The notes: a model not told the origin generated them from the sequence alone. DNA of 64,000 nt from Octopus vulgaris (GCA_951406725.2 OX597814.1:42594001-42658000); one strand, 5' to 3'; shown: positions 45,831 through 61,389, counted from the first letter of the stretch. Made by a program: numbers and translations.

Positions 45831-46901
45831 ACTTTTCAAAGATTGTACCAATTAACAAATACCGGATCATATATATATAGAAATATATGACACCCGAAGT
45901 CACTGTTTATCAAAATATTGTTCTGATTTATTAACCAACCAACTTCTCATCGAACAACTCTTTCTTACTTCAATATTCATCGAACGATTTTATATAAAAT
46001 TGACTCTTTATGAAAACCACAAACAAAATTTCATTCAATACTTGTAAAAATATACTTTTATAGATGTTTATCTACAGAAGTCTATCTAGAGATGTTTATC
46101 TAGTCCATATGCATTATGATTAAGAATATGTATTATGAGTAGTAGATCTTATATATCATTGCAGTACAGTACATTATAAATTATTCTTGTCTTCAGCATA
46201 GTATTGATTATAGTGTATATTTTGTAACATAATAATGTACCACTGTTAGCTAAAATATTACTTAGATAAAATATTTAATACGGAATAAAAACAGAATTCT
46301 CCTCCGCGAAATAATTACAGAGTTATTTAGCCAACTTTAAATCTTGTAGTAATATACATCTCATTCAATCTTCATGATTTTACATGATATAAATTATTTT
46401 TGCCTTTAGCTACGATTGAATTTGCGTGATGACTAATGAAAAAATACCTAGGCTAAATCTTCATGGTTTCTCAAACGTTATCTATGAGTCTGTCAATACA
46501 TTTATAAATGGGATATGTGATAAAAATTAGACATATTCAATTTATATGTCATTTCTTCGAAATGACGACCCAGCAACCTTTACATATACTTTCATCTTAT
46601 CCAGTAAGGATTAAGTGCGAAAATAATCTCTAATTTCGTTTAATATTGATGAATATATGACACAACGTCTCAGAAGAAGGTGCTGTTCTTCTTCCCCACC
46701 AACGGCTTTTTGGAAATAATTCAACGGCATGAAGATTCTGAAAACGATATACTTAGATACTTTCTTTGTAGAGGAAACGTATATGTAATGAATTATGAAA
46801 ATCTGCATATATTTACTTACTAAATCTGTCTAAACTTGTTTCCTTATATTTGTAGCTGGTTTACGGATCAAACATTTGATTATGCTCCAGCTTATTATTT
46901 G

Positions 46902-46963
<62 letters not shown>

Positions 46964-46971
46964 ATATATAT

Positions 46972-48185
46972 AGCTTACGTAACAGGATGGCGGTGCATAA
47001 ATCACAAATTAGAAACCCTGATTACCGCAAAATACCGGTCAGCGGACACATAGATAGATGTGCTGGAAATGTAAATCCGAAATTTACAACTAACCCGCTC
47101 TATAAATTCAGTGACAACGCAACCTTCACACAACGCCAAAATAAAGAACTATATTTCATAAAAAAATTTAGACCAAGTTTAAACACCCTGGGTCAGGAAT
47201 ACTAAAACAAAAGATAAGTCCTCCGAAAAGGAGAACCAAATTTCACCACGGCCGCTACTTCAAACAGACACTCACTCTGACGGAAATATGCCTTAGTAAA
47301 AAAGGGAAAAAAATTCTTTCGTGTAAATCTGACCCTGATACATACGATACAGCTAAGGGTCAGACCCGATTCTGATTGGTCAACAAATTGATGACGTCTA
47401 GCTCTGCTAGAATGGACAGGATACAAACAGGGGACAGTCATTAGTCAGAATATTAATGACGTCCTTTTCTGCTTGAATAGTCACCTAACAAGTACAGACA
47501 GGGGGCAGATCTAATGTAGCTATAAGTCGTGATTGGGCAGAATCTGGATGACGTCCCGCTATGCTTGACTAACGAAGCGACTGGTCAAGACAGGAAACAA
47601 ACAACAGGGAGTTATAATGCAGCGATTGGTCAAAATAATGATGACGTCCCGTTCCACTTGATTAAAGCCACCTAACGAAACGATTGGTCAAAACATTGAT
47701 GACGTCACGCTACGCTAGATTGACCACCTAACAGGCATTATAAAACCGAGCATTTCACAAAAAATCACTAGAACCACCCAGCGAACTTCCACCATGGGTC
47801 ATCACAATTGCTTAAGGTAAAAATGAATTCCTCGCTCTTTCGGAAACATCAATCTTCTGTATTGACCGCTTTCCACCACTTTGATCTGTTTTTTGTATTG
47901 AATACGTATCGCCACCGTGGGCCACTGCATCGAACACTTTGAACATATACTTCAAACTATATATCAACTATACATGAACTATATATCAACTATACATGAA
48001 CTCTAAGATGTCTGACTCCGTTGTGTATTATAAATGAATTTCTTGTGTTTGACGGCATGAGCTGTCTCTTTTTATATATAACTTTTTTTGATAAGGTTCA
48101 TTTCAGGAACTGAAACATGTTATAATGTATATATAAAAATTAAAAATTGTATAATACAGCAGCATTTTCGAACTTCATTTTTTAC
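46972..48185 (+). mobile_element. 3' part of a Penelope-like element in (TA)n
   Basis: LRNRMAVHKSQIRNPDYRKIPVSGHIDRC...QRQNKELYFIKKFRPSLN is a GIY-YIG C-terminus. A decayed hammerhead TTGATAA-GGTTC/GAACT-GAAA-CATG-TT lies at ~48088-48121. Confidence 0.75.
47375..47745 (+). promoter_or_regulatory. Five ATTGG-N12-TGACGTC modules followed by TATAAAA (candidate PLE promoter)
   Basis: Modules start at 47375, 47440 (ATTAG), 47532, 47625 and 47683, all with 12-nt spacers. TATAAAA at 47739-47745. Confidence 0.55.
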
Positions 48186-48594
48186 AAATATATATATATA
48201 TATATACTTTATTTAAAGCAGCAGAACATTCAACAAAACCTGTTACTCTGAGTTTCCCGTTGCCGGCAACCTTGTTTCACATTTATGTGTTTACTCCGGT
48301 ATATATATATATATATATATATACACACAGAGCGAGATGCGGCGTAAATGTGTACATATATCTGTCATACATTTGGTTACACCTCTATTTTCTTTTTCTA
48401 CACTTTTACTAATTATCAATTTAAGACCCCTTACCAGAAATCCTGCATATAAGTAGGAAACAAAGAACTCCTTTCCCCTGAGAGCCTGTAAAGATTAAAT
48501 TTGAAATGGCAGCGTTAAATGCGTTTTCAAATTATTTTTTCTAATGTAGATCTTTTGAGGGTGCATTTTCCCCTTTCCACTGTATTTTTACATC

Positions 48595-48808
48595 GTTTCA
48601 AAATTTTGACACCACGCCAGCAACCTCGGAGCTGGAGTAAGTCAAATCAATTGACTCCTATGTTCAAGAAGTACTTATTTTACCGACCCCAAAAATATGG
48701 AAGGCAAATATCTCCCTGTGCAAAATTTAAACTCAAACCGTGAAGGCTAATGAAATGCTACAAAGCATTTTGCTCGGCGGGCTAATTATTCTGCCAGGTT
48801 GCCACTTT
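48595..48808 (-). mobile_element. Decayed SINE family 1
   Basis: gtacttattttaccgacccc...gaaggcaaa...tttaaactca...aagcattttgctcggcgggctaattattctgccag. Confidence 0.7.
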
Positions 48809-50199
48809 GCTGTGTTGTTAAATGAAAATTCATTTCATATTATTTGAGATTGGTGAGAGGGAAATTCGGTAACATGTATTTATTTTGAAATTATTTCAAA
48901 CCTTTCATTTCTGCTTTCATTTGATGTTATATAGGAAAAGACAGTTAAAATTAAATATTTCCTACGTTATCTTTGAGAATTTTGAAAATACCGAGCTTTC
49001 GATATGGTAAACATCGACGAACAAGATTATATAAAGAATGTGGGAGCGTGCATGCATATGTACAAAATCATTTGTCATCTAGTAATAATTGAAGATTGAT
49101 GTACTGCCTTTTTTTAGCAAAGATTTCGCTATTACATATTCCACATTGCATACACACGTGAAAAAAATTTATACGCGATCAAGTTACAAATGAGGAATTA
49201 ATTGAGCAATTTGCTTATGGTATTGATGGGCTACCGGGAAAAAATCATTAAGATGCAGTAAGCGAACGACTAGGAAGAAATTAATGGATGATGATAATGA
49301 TCAAATGATGAATTGTCTCAGAATGTATTCACTAAATTTTTAAATTTCTACGTGTAAAATCTTTAGTTTTTTTTTACTTGTTTTCATTGAAATTTTGGTT
49401 GCAAAAACTGTTGCTACATCAGAGTCATCACTACTTAAACCTTTCTTCTTTTTTTTAAAAAATATTTTTTCCCCCAAATAATTATCTTTCAAAACAAATT
49501 AACATTTTTGTGAGTGCTTCAATCACTTTCAGCCCCTGACTGATATAGTTTTTAATAATATTTGACCAAATACATTTCCTTCACGCTCTAGCTGTAATAC
49601 AATCACACCGACAGACACAATAACTGTGTAGTAATACACTAAAAGGTGATGAATAAAACGTTAGTACAGTTTTTCGTATATGCATACACATATTCCATTC
49701 ATTTGTGCAAACATGTACATATGTGTATAGTATTGTTTCAATTCCCACATACAGACAGATGCAAAGGCATATTTCCATTCAGAATATACATACTAACATT
49801 CTCCACCTTATGCCCATAATTAATTTGGGGTAAATGTAAAAATCAAACTAAAACTTATGGATCGAATTTCTGTTATGATTTTTTAAAATATCAAGCAATT
49901 TCTTATGAAATATAGCCGTTTTAAAAATAAAAATGTCTCTACATTTAATATAGTTTTATGCATTTTATAATTTAGATATCTATTGTTCAATGGGTGGTTG
50001 TATCGACGTCCAGTGTACGTTGCAAACTTGCATAATAAACTACCGTACGATGAGGCGATTCCACACATAAACTGGCGTAAACACGTACACATTGACACAC
50101 ACATCATATATATACGTATATACCGACACATGCATATGCATGATTTATATATATATGTATATATATGTGTGTGTGTATGTGTGTGTGTGTATGTATATA

Positions 50200-51032
50200 C
50201 AGTATGCGATGAGTAAATTGTGGCACCTCCATATTTTTAACTTCGCGCGTGCGTCATGTTTCTTTTGGGTTTTGTCAACTCCACAGTATAGTAGATTCAG
50301 TTGGGCCACGCCTGTGAGAACGGTAGCGCCATCATACAATTCACTACATACAATTCCAGAAATCTGGAAACGACATGCTGAAATGCTTGGCATTCGCGCT
50401 GGAAGCTCCAATTCAGAACAACCGTTGGGTTGCCGTGTTCCGAAAGCTTGTAGCGAGAGTGATAAAATCAAACATCTAGTCAACATTATGGTGTTTGTAG
50501 AGATCATTAGTCTTCACATAAGGCCTCAGATTCAACACGGAAGCCTACATCAAAGGACTGGATGAGGTAGTGCTGCCCTGGGTAAAGAGGGTGGCTGCAG
50601 GAAGACACTATGTCTGGCAACAGGACTCTGCACCATACTACACAAGCAAGAGAACCCAGTCGTGGCTGTCAGACAATATCTGCAACCTCACGACTCCTAA
50701 TATCCGGCCACCTATCTCCTACTTAATTATTATGTGTGGGGTGCCTTTGAGCGAGAGACCGACAAAACTTCTTGTAATACCAAAGATGAACTGAAGGCAA
50801 GGATTGTTGCAATTCACCAACTTAAATAAAGAGTCTGACCAGGATATCTGCAGGAGATTCCAAAGTCGTCTGGAGATCGTGGTTGAAGCCAATGGAGATT
50901 TTATTGAATAAATTTAATCTTTACTATTTCAAAACATCTCTATGTAATATTGATAAGTATATCTGTTAAAATCAGATGTCAGTGTTTTTCTCATATTTTC
51001 AGAATTTAGACTATAATATTCAGCACACCTTG
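50200..51032 (+). mobile_element. Internally deleted Tc1/mariner superfamily element, maT/DD37D-like
   Basis: VNIMVF, VVLPWVKRVAAGRHYVWQQDSAP, TQSWLSDN, YYVWG and RRFQSRLEIVVEANGDFIE*. TA-CA...TG-TA ends with decayed TIRs. Confidence 0.8.
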
Positions 51033-51164
51033 TATATGTATATATATATATAGTTTTTCTCTCTCTTTCTTTCTCTCTCACTTTCTTTCTCTCCCTCTTC
51101 CTCTCTCACCATATCTCTCTCTCTCTCCCTCTGTATATAAATATATATAGATATATAGCTACAT

Positions 51165-51228
<64 letters not shown>

Positions 51229-52613
51229 CTCTATACATATACTAAACTCAGATAAAAGAACATTAAAATTAACAATAAGAAACCACAAGGGGCAGCGTAT
51301 AAGGAATTATTAGTTTGGCGCTGAAATGAAGGAGAGGGTGTATCTTCTTTCGGCTATAGTATTTCTTCGGAACGGAAGAAGGGAAAAGTCCAAAAAGTAA
51401 AAACGTATCACTAACAGCACATGTGTAGTTATATTCCTGAACTACATACATATATATATGAAATTAGAAAAGAAACAGATAATAACCTTATTTACTAAAA
51501 CCCTCGTTAGTGTCTGATATATGGACTTTAATGGCTTAAATGCTAACATAAAGCGAGTATATAAAACTATGAAACATGGTTTTGTTGTCTGGTATTAGAT
51601 ACATGTTTCGTAGTAATATTGGTGAACTGGTACGAAAAAGGAAATCCATTTTGCTCTATCATATCAAAAATTTTCACAAACGTATATTTTCAGTTTCAAA
51701 ATAACCGGTATTCTCACCATTTCTAAGAACAGATTTTGCTACGTCATGTAAGGGGCCTCAAATATCTTTGAAAACAAATTTGTTCAATATCATTTAAAGT
51801 AAATGGAACTACAAATGTGAAAACAAAAGTCATGACTGAAGTATCTTCAGTAAGCAAAAAGAATCAGACCTGAAAATCTTTCACTATTTTCAACGTAACC
51901 AGCTTTAAATATCATGATTATGACAGAAATTCCCAACATAAAATTATATGTTAATATACAACACATTTCTGCGGCGCTTCACACCATACATATCTCATAT
52001 TTTTCTGCAGATATGCACACACTGTGATTGATATGGAGTAACTATCAATGCCAACCTGGTGAATCATTTTCTTGAACGTTTACATATTTTAAATGTAAAT
52101 TGCTATTTTGAATGCGCCCTTAATGTTTTAAGGGTTAATATCACTTTGTCACGCATCGACAAATAATTGCAAAACGATCTTTATGGTATATATTCTCTGT
52201 TTGGAATTTTGCCATCATAAATCTACATTTGCTTTCTTTATAAATGTTGACAACTCTGAAAATGCTTTTCCCATGTGACAACTAGGTTGCCTATCTCTTT
52301 TGTATTTCAGAAATATGGTTAGCTGTGAGGGAAGAAAATGCAAAAATAGAGCCGATACTACAGTAGATAGTGAAACAAAATCACAGCATGCGATATGTGT
52401 TAAACATCTAATAAAGACACAGCGTGAAGATAAATATTGAAATAGATACAAGACTCATGAATTTTCAATACTTATAAAAAATACTAAGACAACGGAACCG
52501 GGTAGATAGATATAAGTAAATTTTCTTACACATTTGATACACATTTAATGTTTGCTTTCATTTTTATTTTCCATATAGTTCTACTTATATTGAAGGTACA
52601 TAGAGAGATATAG

Positions 52614-52707
<94 letters not shown>

Positions 52708-52718
52708 GTGTGTACATA

Positions 52719-52757
<39 letters not shown>

Positions 52758-53862
52758 CAATTTTCGTGACCTTTACAAACGTATTTTCTTCAAAACCGAC
52801 AAAAAAACAAAAAAAACAATATATATCATTTATCAAGTTTCAGAAAAACATACGACTAAATTATGCATAAAAACTGTGAATATGATATAATAAACTGAAA
52901 AACTGAAGGTACGCCAACATAATTTTTACAAATAATTCCTCACGAATTATCCAAAATCTGAGAACATAAAATTGTGAATATAAATCATCATGCGACCAAC
53001 GGAATTCCTAATTCAGTTTTTCATCAATCGGTTATCATACTGCCTTGATTCTGTTTTAGTGCACACATCCTGATAAAATTTGAATGTTTAATAACAAATA
53101 AAATACGTGTAGTTATATATACAATTAGTGTACCTTATAGAGTTGAATCTCTTAGTAAATCACTTAGTTTTAACAAGCATCTATTGGCGACAACGTTATT
53201 ATCTCCTAACCATTGTTTTATCGTATCACTATGTATCTAACAATAGGAAAATCTATCTAAGCATTAGGAATTTCCTCAATCTTCACAGACATCATAGTTT
53301 ATTCTGCATTAAATATATCAGAAACAATTCAGGAATGTCACAGAATTTGCCAAATGTGTATAAAGTAATATATTGAAGACAAAACGTTATAGGAAGTAAT
53401 GAATCAGTGATTGTACAATGGATTCATTACATTCACAACGGTTCAGTGTTATTGGATTTATATTCTGCTTTCTTAAACTTACGTAATGTATACAACAAAC
53501 TTCACGTTCGTTTTATGAATTACAACTTGTTAGTCAAAGCAATATTATATGCTGTGTAAATAAGATGCAGAATTTTAGATTTTATCCAATGAAACATTAT
53601 ATACTTTGAAATACGTACATTTCAAACATTACTGATACGTTAACATTTCACAACCTACAAAAACTGAAGTAGTTCAACCAACTTAGACTTTAAAATTCGA
53701 CATCAATCTTCACTGATTTTACTACTAAATAAAACGTTCTTTGCATTGTACTGTAAAATTTGATATCTCGTATCTTTGTATGAGGAATATTACTTTATTT
53801 ATCACGCAGCAGATGTAGTAATAATAATAAAGACTGTATGTATAGATACATGCATATATATA

Positions 53863-53942
<80 letters not shown>

Positions 53943-56561
53943 TATATAATGCATATAAATATAATGTTTATATATATATATATGTTCATAGATAGACGAA
54001 TGTTATATTCATTTATAAGTGCAATGTGCAAAATATATTTTATATAAAACACACTAGGATATTACATGTAGAATTACAAAGAAACGTAAAACTCATAAAA
54101 CGTCTGTGTATGTAAAATGTTTTATTTCCTTAATAATAAGTTTTCATTTTATATTTTGTCGACAGCTACATAAAGCTTTATTTCGCAAAATTAAATTCAT
54201 ATAAAATATCATACGAAATTTTAATGATTCTCTGAATGTTTAACGCTGCTCATACAAAAATTCATATAATACAAAGAGAAACGAATTTCTACATTTACCA
54301 TGTAATTAATCATTTTACGCCAATATAGAAAATATATATCTTTTGAGGAGAGATTTATATTAATGAATAAGTCAAACTGACATTCAGGGAAATTGTTAAC
54401 AATATCTAAAATATAGCAGTAAAAATGTTTAATCTAAGTTTCTCTAAATCCATCTATTTATTCGATTTTCGTGAAAACAGTCTTGTTAGATAGCTCACAC
54501 TATTCTCCTTTTCACATCTACTTATGTAAAACCTCATGTACGAGTATATCTAAGTCATATGAAATTTAAATAATAATAATAACGGAATCATGTGCTGACT
54601 TAACACTCCTTACATACGTAGTTACGTTAGAAGAGATACACTGAATGATAAAGCGAAAAACATAATTAAAATTTCCATTTTTATTTGCAAAAATCACAAA
54701 TCGTATGGCTATTTTTAGCATCTTTAAGTACGAGGGATATATTTTGAAGATATTACGCATTATCTTTTCATATTTAATATAACGGAACGGCTATGGAGAC
54801 AGATAGTCTGACATGTTTTTCATACAAGAAACAATTAAGGTCATTGTTACAAGATATCAAACCTCATAAGTATAGAGCTGTTGATATACATTTAAAAAGT
54901 AATTAATTACTATAATATATCGCAACTTCTTGAAACGCAAAAGTTCGAATCTCTTTGCAAACATTTGGCACATCACCTCGTGACATTATTATTTTACAAG
55001 CTGTAAGTTTCCACAACCTGTAATAATTTAATAATTTGCCATATCGAATTTAATTGATTTTATTTACTTTTCAAGTTTTTACTCTTTTTTATCTAAAATG
55101 TTTTTCCTTGTACGAGTTTGTTTCATGTAGTTGTTTTATGTTTGATTTTAAGCATTTATCTTGCCATAAGAAGATTACTGCCTCTAACGCGTGACGTAAC
55201 CATAGAATTCCAATGATAAACTAATTAGTAATCCGAAGCTCACAAATCAAGTGATATAAAATGCAATTAGTATCCGTCACATACCTGGAACTTTCTCAGA
55301 GGTGCAAAAGGTTAATGCCCCTCTCGATTTATAATATGCTCCAATAATTCATTCCTCTTACTGTCGTCAATGGCCACAGATATACTAAAGATCGCTTTAG
55401 CGTGTTGTTCATTCTCAGTGTAAAAGTCAATTTGCCACACGTTTATATCTTTATTCCAGCTTTGTTATATATATATATGTAGGTTATGGGTATCTTCATA
55501 CAACATAACATTAATTTATTTTTACTGTGCGTATAATAGCTAGATATTTCTAAGGCAACATTGACGTAAAACTGAACTCAATATAAGCTAAGAGGCTTTA
55601 ACGCACAGAGGGAAAAATCTAAATAGATAGTATGCATATGGAACTTTACCATTCTCACATCAGTATGGCTTACCAAAAGTGAATCCGTTGGCACATTTCT
55701 CTTTGGATAATATCCCGTTCATTAGTAAGGGGAGAAAGTTTTATTCCTTAAAACACTAAAATTGGATAAAAAGGAATTGGGGGTTTAGTAGCAATTAGAT
55801 GTTTAGTACTCTGTTCCTTTCATTAATGTTTTCAAGTATAAATCATGATCTTCACGTAGAACCGCCTCTTTGTATTGTAAGATTTCAAATCAGTGTAATT
55901 TAAACTAAAGATAGGAAAATTATACTTTCTTTAGACTCTCATAGTCACTCAATATTTCATGTTTTACAATATAAGTACAGTCAACACGAGTGAGAGCCGT
56001 AATAACTCGGCATCTCTCGTTACAAACAGAGGCGTTTAAAATAAATGCTGGAATTTTTTGGACACTGGCAAATGTATGAAAAATTTTGTTTTGGATTGGT
56101 TAATATATACCCCTATTTGTGCTATCGTAGAGAATAATTAATATCTAAATATGTTACCGGTCTTCTCGGGTAAAAAGTGTTTTTAGTAAAAATATATTCT
56201 GAAGCAACATTTCAACATCAGTAAATTTATTAAATATTTCTTAAGAAATTCCGTAGTATATCACTCCTTTAAACAAAATAACCGATAGTTCGCGACATGC
56301 AGGCGAGGAAGACGGCTAGTAGACAATAGAAAGGGTACAACATACATCACCGAAATAAAAATACATTGTTCAGATACGTATGTGCGTTCAGAAATATCGT
56401 GCAAGGGGTGATTATGGACCTCGAACCTTAAATAATTCATACATATATATACTCTCTATAATATTCTTGTTTCAGAATAATAAATTTTCGCCTCTACAAA
56501 CTGCATGCAGTAACCCATCAGATTAATGCATAATCATTTTTAGTACAGCAGAACATATAAA

Positions 56562-57906
56562 CAAATATATTCATGAGGTCGGAGAGAAAAAGATACTGTT
56601 TACACATACTTTTGAAATATGTTGTTACGAATATATTTTTTATTGCAAATATCTTTAGAAATATGTGTGAAAATCTGGAGTTCTTAAATTTATATCTTTA
56701 AGCTCCGCAGCAAAATTGAAATTTTGAATAAAAAACGAAAAATCAATTTATAACACGTTTGTCGTTCCTCATTTTATTTTTTACATCCATTGTTATGAAT
56801 CAATTCTCTTTTGCAACATTTTTTTAGCAACAAGTGTGTTGAAATCTGAAGCTTTAAAAATTATCTCCAAGCTCCGCAACGTACTTGAAATTTTGTGAAA
56901 TATTTATGTGAAATAAATAGATATTTCAACTTTATTATCCTTAATACTAAGTCACCAAATATATGTGTTACATGAGGCCTAGATTACACGCATATTAAAA
57001 TAAAACAAGCAAATTGTCAAGATTGTAGCAGAAAGGATAATTCTTCTCTGGCAAAAGGCGTCCGAAGCTTGTGTTACAACTGAGTCAGTTAAACCGAACA
57101 TTTTAAACTTCCCTTTGCTGACGTAGGACAACTGTGTTCTGGCCAATTCTTTCTAATCAGCCTCTAAAAATTCAGTTTAGTTACTGCTTCATCCATTCTG
57201 TCAATGAGCATTTTTCGATTTGTTTGTTAAAAAAAATTTTGTTCTCTCTGTGGTACATTTTTGTGTCTACTACAAATGCAGTTTTCAAACGATTTGTGCT
57301 TACAACATTAGATGCCAAATAAATTTGTTGTTGCATTGTTTTATAAAGCATTGCACTTTGTTTGAAACGATGGTACATTTTTTTCTATTTTCCCGGATTT
57401 TAGTAATGCTTGGTGCTTTAGATAAAAGTTCGATATTTTCGGTTTAACTTACTCGATCGTATCACAAAATTTAACACCATCATTAATTTTAATACAATGA
57501 CCTAAATCATGGTACAAAACTGAAAGCTTTACACACGTACGACGTACGTCCACACGCAATGACTGTTGCAGCGACACAGGAGAGAATTTCACATTCCTGT
57601 TATCTTTATAGTAAATACGGAACCTCAAGACAGTCAATTGTATTGAAACTTTGTATACAGCCTCTTAAGTATACTATATTTACTGTTTCGGGAAATATGT
57701 ATTCATTACGACTTTATAATCCATGATATCCAAACGTCGACCAAAATTAGCGATTTTTACAAATTTCGATTGCGATACGGAGCCTGAAAATATATTTAAT
57801 CGCAAAGTTTTTTATGCCACTTTTTATAAACCTAATTCGCGAAAGAATGTCGATACTTGGTTATTAATTTCGAAAGTTGCGTTTTCGCTCCACCCGAATA
57901 TATTTG
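56562..57906. mobile_element. Possible old non-autonomous DNA transposon with degenerate TIRs
   Basis: Left CAAATATATTC..GGTCGGAGAGAAAA..ACTTTTGAAAT versus reverse complement of the right end CAAATATATTC-GGGTGGAGCGAAAA..ACTTTCGAAAT. Internal direct repeat at ~56665-56725 and ~56835-56895. Confidence 0.45.
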
Positions 57907-57976
57907 CATACAGTCATACCTACCTACCTATCTAACTACCTACCTACATACATACATACGTACATACATATATACA

Positions 57977-58010
<34 letters not shown>

Positions 58011-58039
58011 CATACATACTCACATACATACATGAATAC

Positions 58040-58099
<60 letters not shown>

Positions 58100-58330
58100 T
58101 TGAAACAGACCTGTCACAACCTGGGATCTTGAAGACTGCTTTGATGCAAGAAAGTATAATAGTCCCTTAATATTTGATATTCAATATTTCATCTATTCAA
58201 TAAGACAATCAATACTTCATTTCATTTTACTATATATACTACTTATAGTATATATTCTATATTCTACATTCTACATTAATATTATGAAAAATATAAATAA
58301 AACATAAAAAACAGAGTTGGAATTCCTTTG

Positions 58331-58371
<41 letters not shown>

Positions 58372-58732
58372 TGCATGTATATATATGACAAACTTTGGCT
58401 GAAGACAAACAGGCACCTATTTGGCGCTAATTTTGAAACCGTCTCCAAGCACACCAGTATTGTTTGTGCTGACCTAACAGAGGTAAGGTGCTCCTAATGT
58501 TCACTGGAATGTCTTCCTACCATACCTGTAGTAGATCTGTGACTATTCTGTGGTACAGGGAGTACTTTTGATTTTTATTTTTCTCGATAGTTTTGCTCAT
58601 GTGATGACTTCGAGTGTATATTTATATATGAGTATATGAGTATATGAACACATATATTATGTTGTATGTATATATTTTATTAATTTGCCTGCACGGCTGA
58701 TACCTCGTTTGTCATATATAACATCCCTTACG

Positions 58733-58784
<52 letters not shown>

Positions 58785-58809
58785 CTCAGTGTCATATATG
58801 CACACGCAC

Positions 58810-58871
<62 letters not shown>

Positions 58872-59511
58872 AAATAAAGTGACGTCACAAAGCCTACAGC
58901 CAATCAAAACTTGTTCCTGTATTCGGAACAACCAACCAAAACACATTTTCATAAAGCAAAGACGTATTTATTGACCAAAAACATCCAGTAGACCAAGTAA
59001 GACGCCATCAAAATCATAACAATATCAAAAATTAGATCCTTTCGATTAAAGCCTTATATATACACAATATATTTTCTAATTCCCCCAAAACACGTGAAAA
59101 GCGAAGAGGCCAGTACACAAAGGAAAAATGAAAAAAATCACATCACGCACAACGAAAGAGATTGTAAAAATACTTTTCTTACTCTCTTAGCTTTCTCTTC
59201 CCTCTCTTTCCCACGTACTCTATAAAAATTGAATATGACCGAACTTTCAATAATATACATTTGTTATACTTTTCACCAAACGTTCACATTGATATTAACT
59301 ATATTTGTGAAATTTTTTATCATTTGATCGTTAAAACATGTATTTGCGATATCTACTTCACAATTTTAAACCCTGTTGAAATGCCCCTGCTTTACATATA
59401 TTTGTACCATAGATAAACAAAAAAAAAATTTTTAAATAGGTTTGATAAGAATGTGTATAAATCCATGTTTTTCAAATCCAGGTGCATTTTCAAACTCCAA
59501 AACAAATTCCC

Positions 59512-59612
<101 letters not shown>

Positions 59613-59961
59613 CTGTGTTCTTTACACTATATATATATGCATTCAAACATGTATCCATATTCATGTATATAATACTATGATAAAAATATATACACTGCAC
59701 TTTATATTCACCAACCCTCGTTTCTAAATGTATGTGTGTAAATATATGCGAAGTTTCCTTTCTTTACCTCTATATTTACTCATTGAACTTCATAAATGTC
59801 ACACTATTTGGAATATATGAATTATCTACGAGACATTATAATTGGTTTTATAATTTGTTCTAAAGCCACCCAAGGAAATATTAGTGTTACCGGTAGTATG
59901 AATCAACAGGTCTTTAGTTTGTAACTAGTTTGATACATTTCAAAGCTGAAAACCCTCGGCC

Positions 59962-60013
59962 CTTTCGTGAGAGGATTTGGTATGGTGAAACTGAAAGAAG
60001 CCCGTCGTATGTG

Positions 60014-60069
<56 letters not shown>

Positions 60070-60280
60070 TATGTGTGTATTTGTGTGTCAATGTTTGTAC
60101 CCCGCCATCGCCTAACAACAGATAATGGTGTGTTTATGTCCCCGTAACTTAGCGGGTCGTCATAAGTCACCGTTAGAAGAAGAACTAAGCTTACACAGAA
60201 TGAGTCCTGGGGTCGATTTGTTCGACTAAAGGAGGTGCTACAGCATGGCTGCATTCAGATGAATGAAACAATTAAAAGAG
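59962..60280 (+). mobile_element. SINE family 2, 5'-truncated
   Basis: Matches 27054-27258, with internal (TA)n(TG)n. Confidence 0.8.
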
Positions 60281-61389
60281 TATATGTGTATATAAATATG
60301 TGTGTGCCATGAATGCACATATATTCACGAGCGCCCGCAAGCACACAGACACACAGTTAGATTCATCTCCATCTTGTTTAACTGTAGGTTGTAAGTTTGC
60401 AATAATAATTATTTATACTCTAAGTGGCTTATTAAATTTGGATGCAAATCAAATAATTTTCTTTGGATATTTATTTTCCCGCCGTCATATTAGCTGTATA
60501 TTTTTGTGATTGAATTTTGTATGATATTTAAAAAAATCGAATTGCTGCCGTTCGTCATGTTCCTTGAGGGGTTGGACATATATAATACTACATATAGCTA
60601 AAAGCTGCTAAAACTAATTGGAAAGAAGATTATTGATTTTAAATTAGGTGCTGTAACAATAAAACTTCATGATATAGTTTCGAAATGAAGTATAGAAATG
60701 GCAAGATATCTATATTTTATTGGCTGAGGGAATGTTTTACAGCATATCTTGATCGCTGTTTATTTAAACCATTTTACATTAAAAATAAAGACGAAATCCA
60801 CTTTAAAATTGATCAATTTAAATATAGAAAATATTTTGCAAATTTTCGGTAAATTGCTATGCATTAATAACCATATGCAGGGAGATTAAGTTTATATAGA
60901 TTCTGTACTTCATTAATTCCCATAGGAAATATAAATATAAATCTATGTTTTTGGGAGATATTTACTGAAATATTAACTTTGATGAAGTGAAACAGCTCCA
61001 AAATTAACCACTAAAATTGCTGGAAATAGCAGCAAACTCTTCTCTTCGAGACCACCATCTACTGATTTTTATAGAAATTAGAGATGTATCGAAAAATGTA
61101 CTATCCGAACCAAATGACTGAGAAGTGAAGGGCATTATAAAAAAATAAAATGTTTTCGGGGAACTTCATGCTCAGAAATTTTTCTCAAGAAAGAAAAAAG
61201 AATGTTTAGCAAGATAATCACCGGACTACTAAAGTACTTTCAGTAATTCGAAAATAATACCAATTCAAACATATGAATTAATAAGTATGTAATTCCTTCT
61301 CAGAAGAAACCATGGAGTTCTAAATAATTTTAGTCAATTTAATAAAATCTTACTCCATCCTATTATTATTCTATGTTTCAAGACAGCAT

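Noticed and set aside
47375-47720. CRISPR-like repeat-spacer array
   Set aside because: Repeats are degenerate and irregularly spaced, the context is a eukaryotic retroelement, and there are no cas genes.
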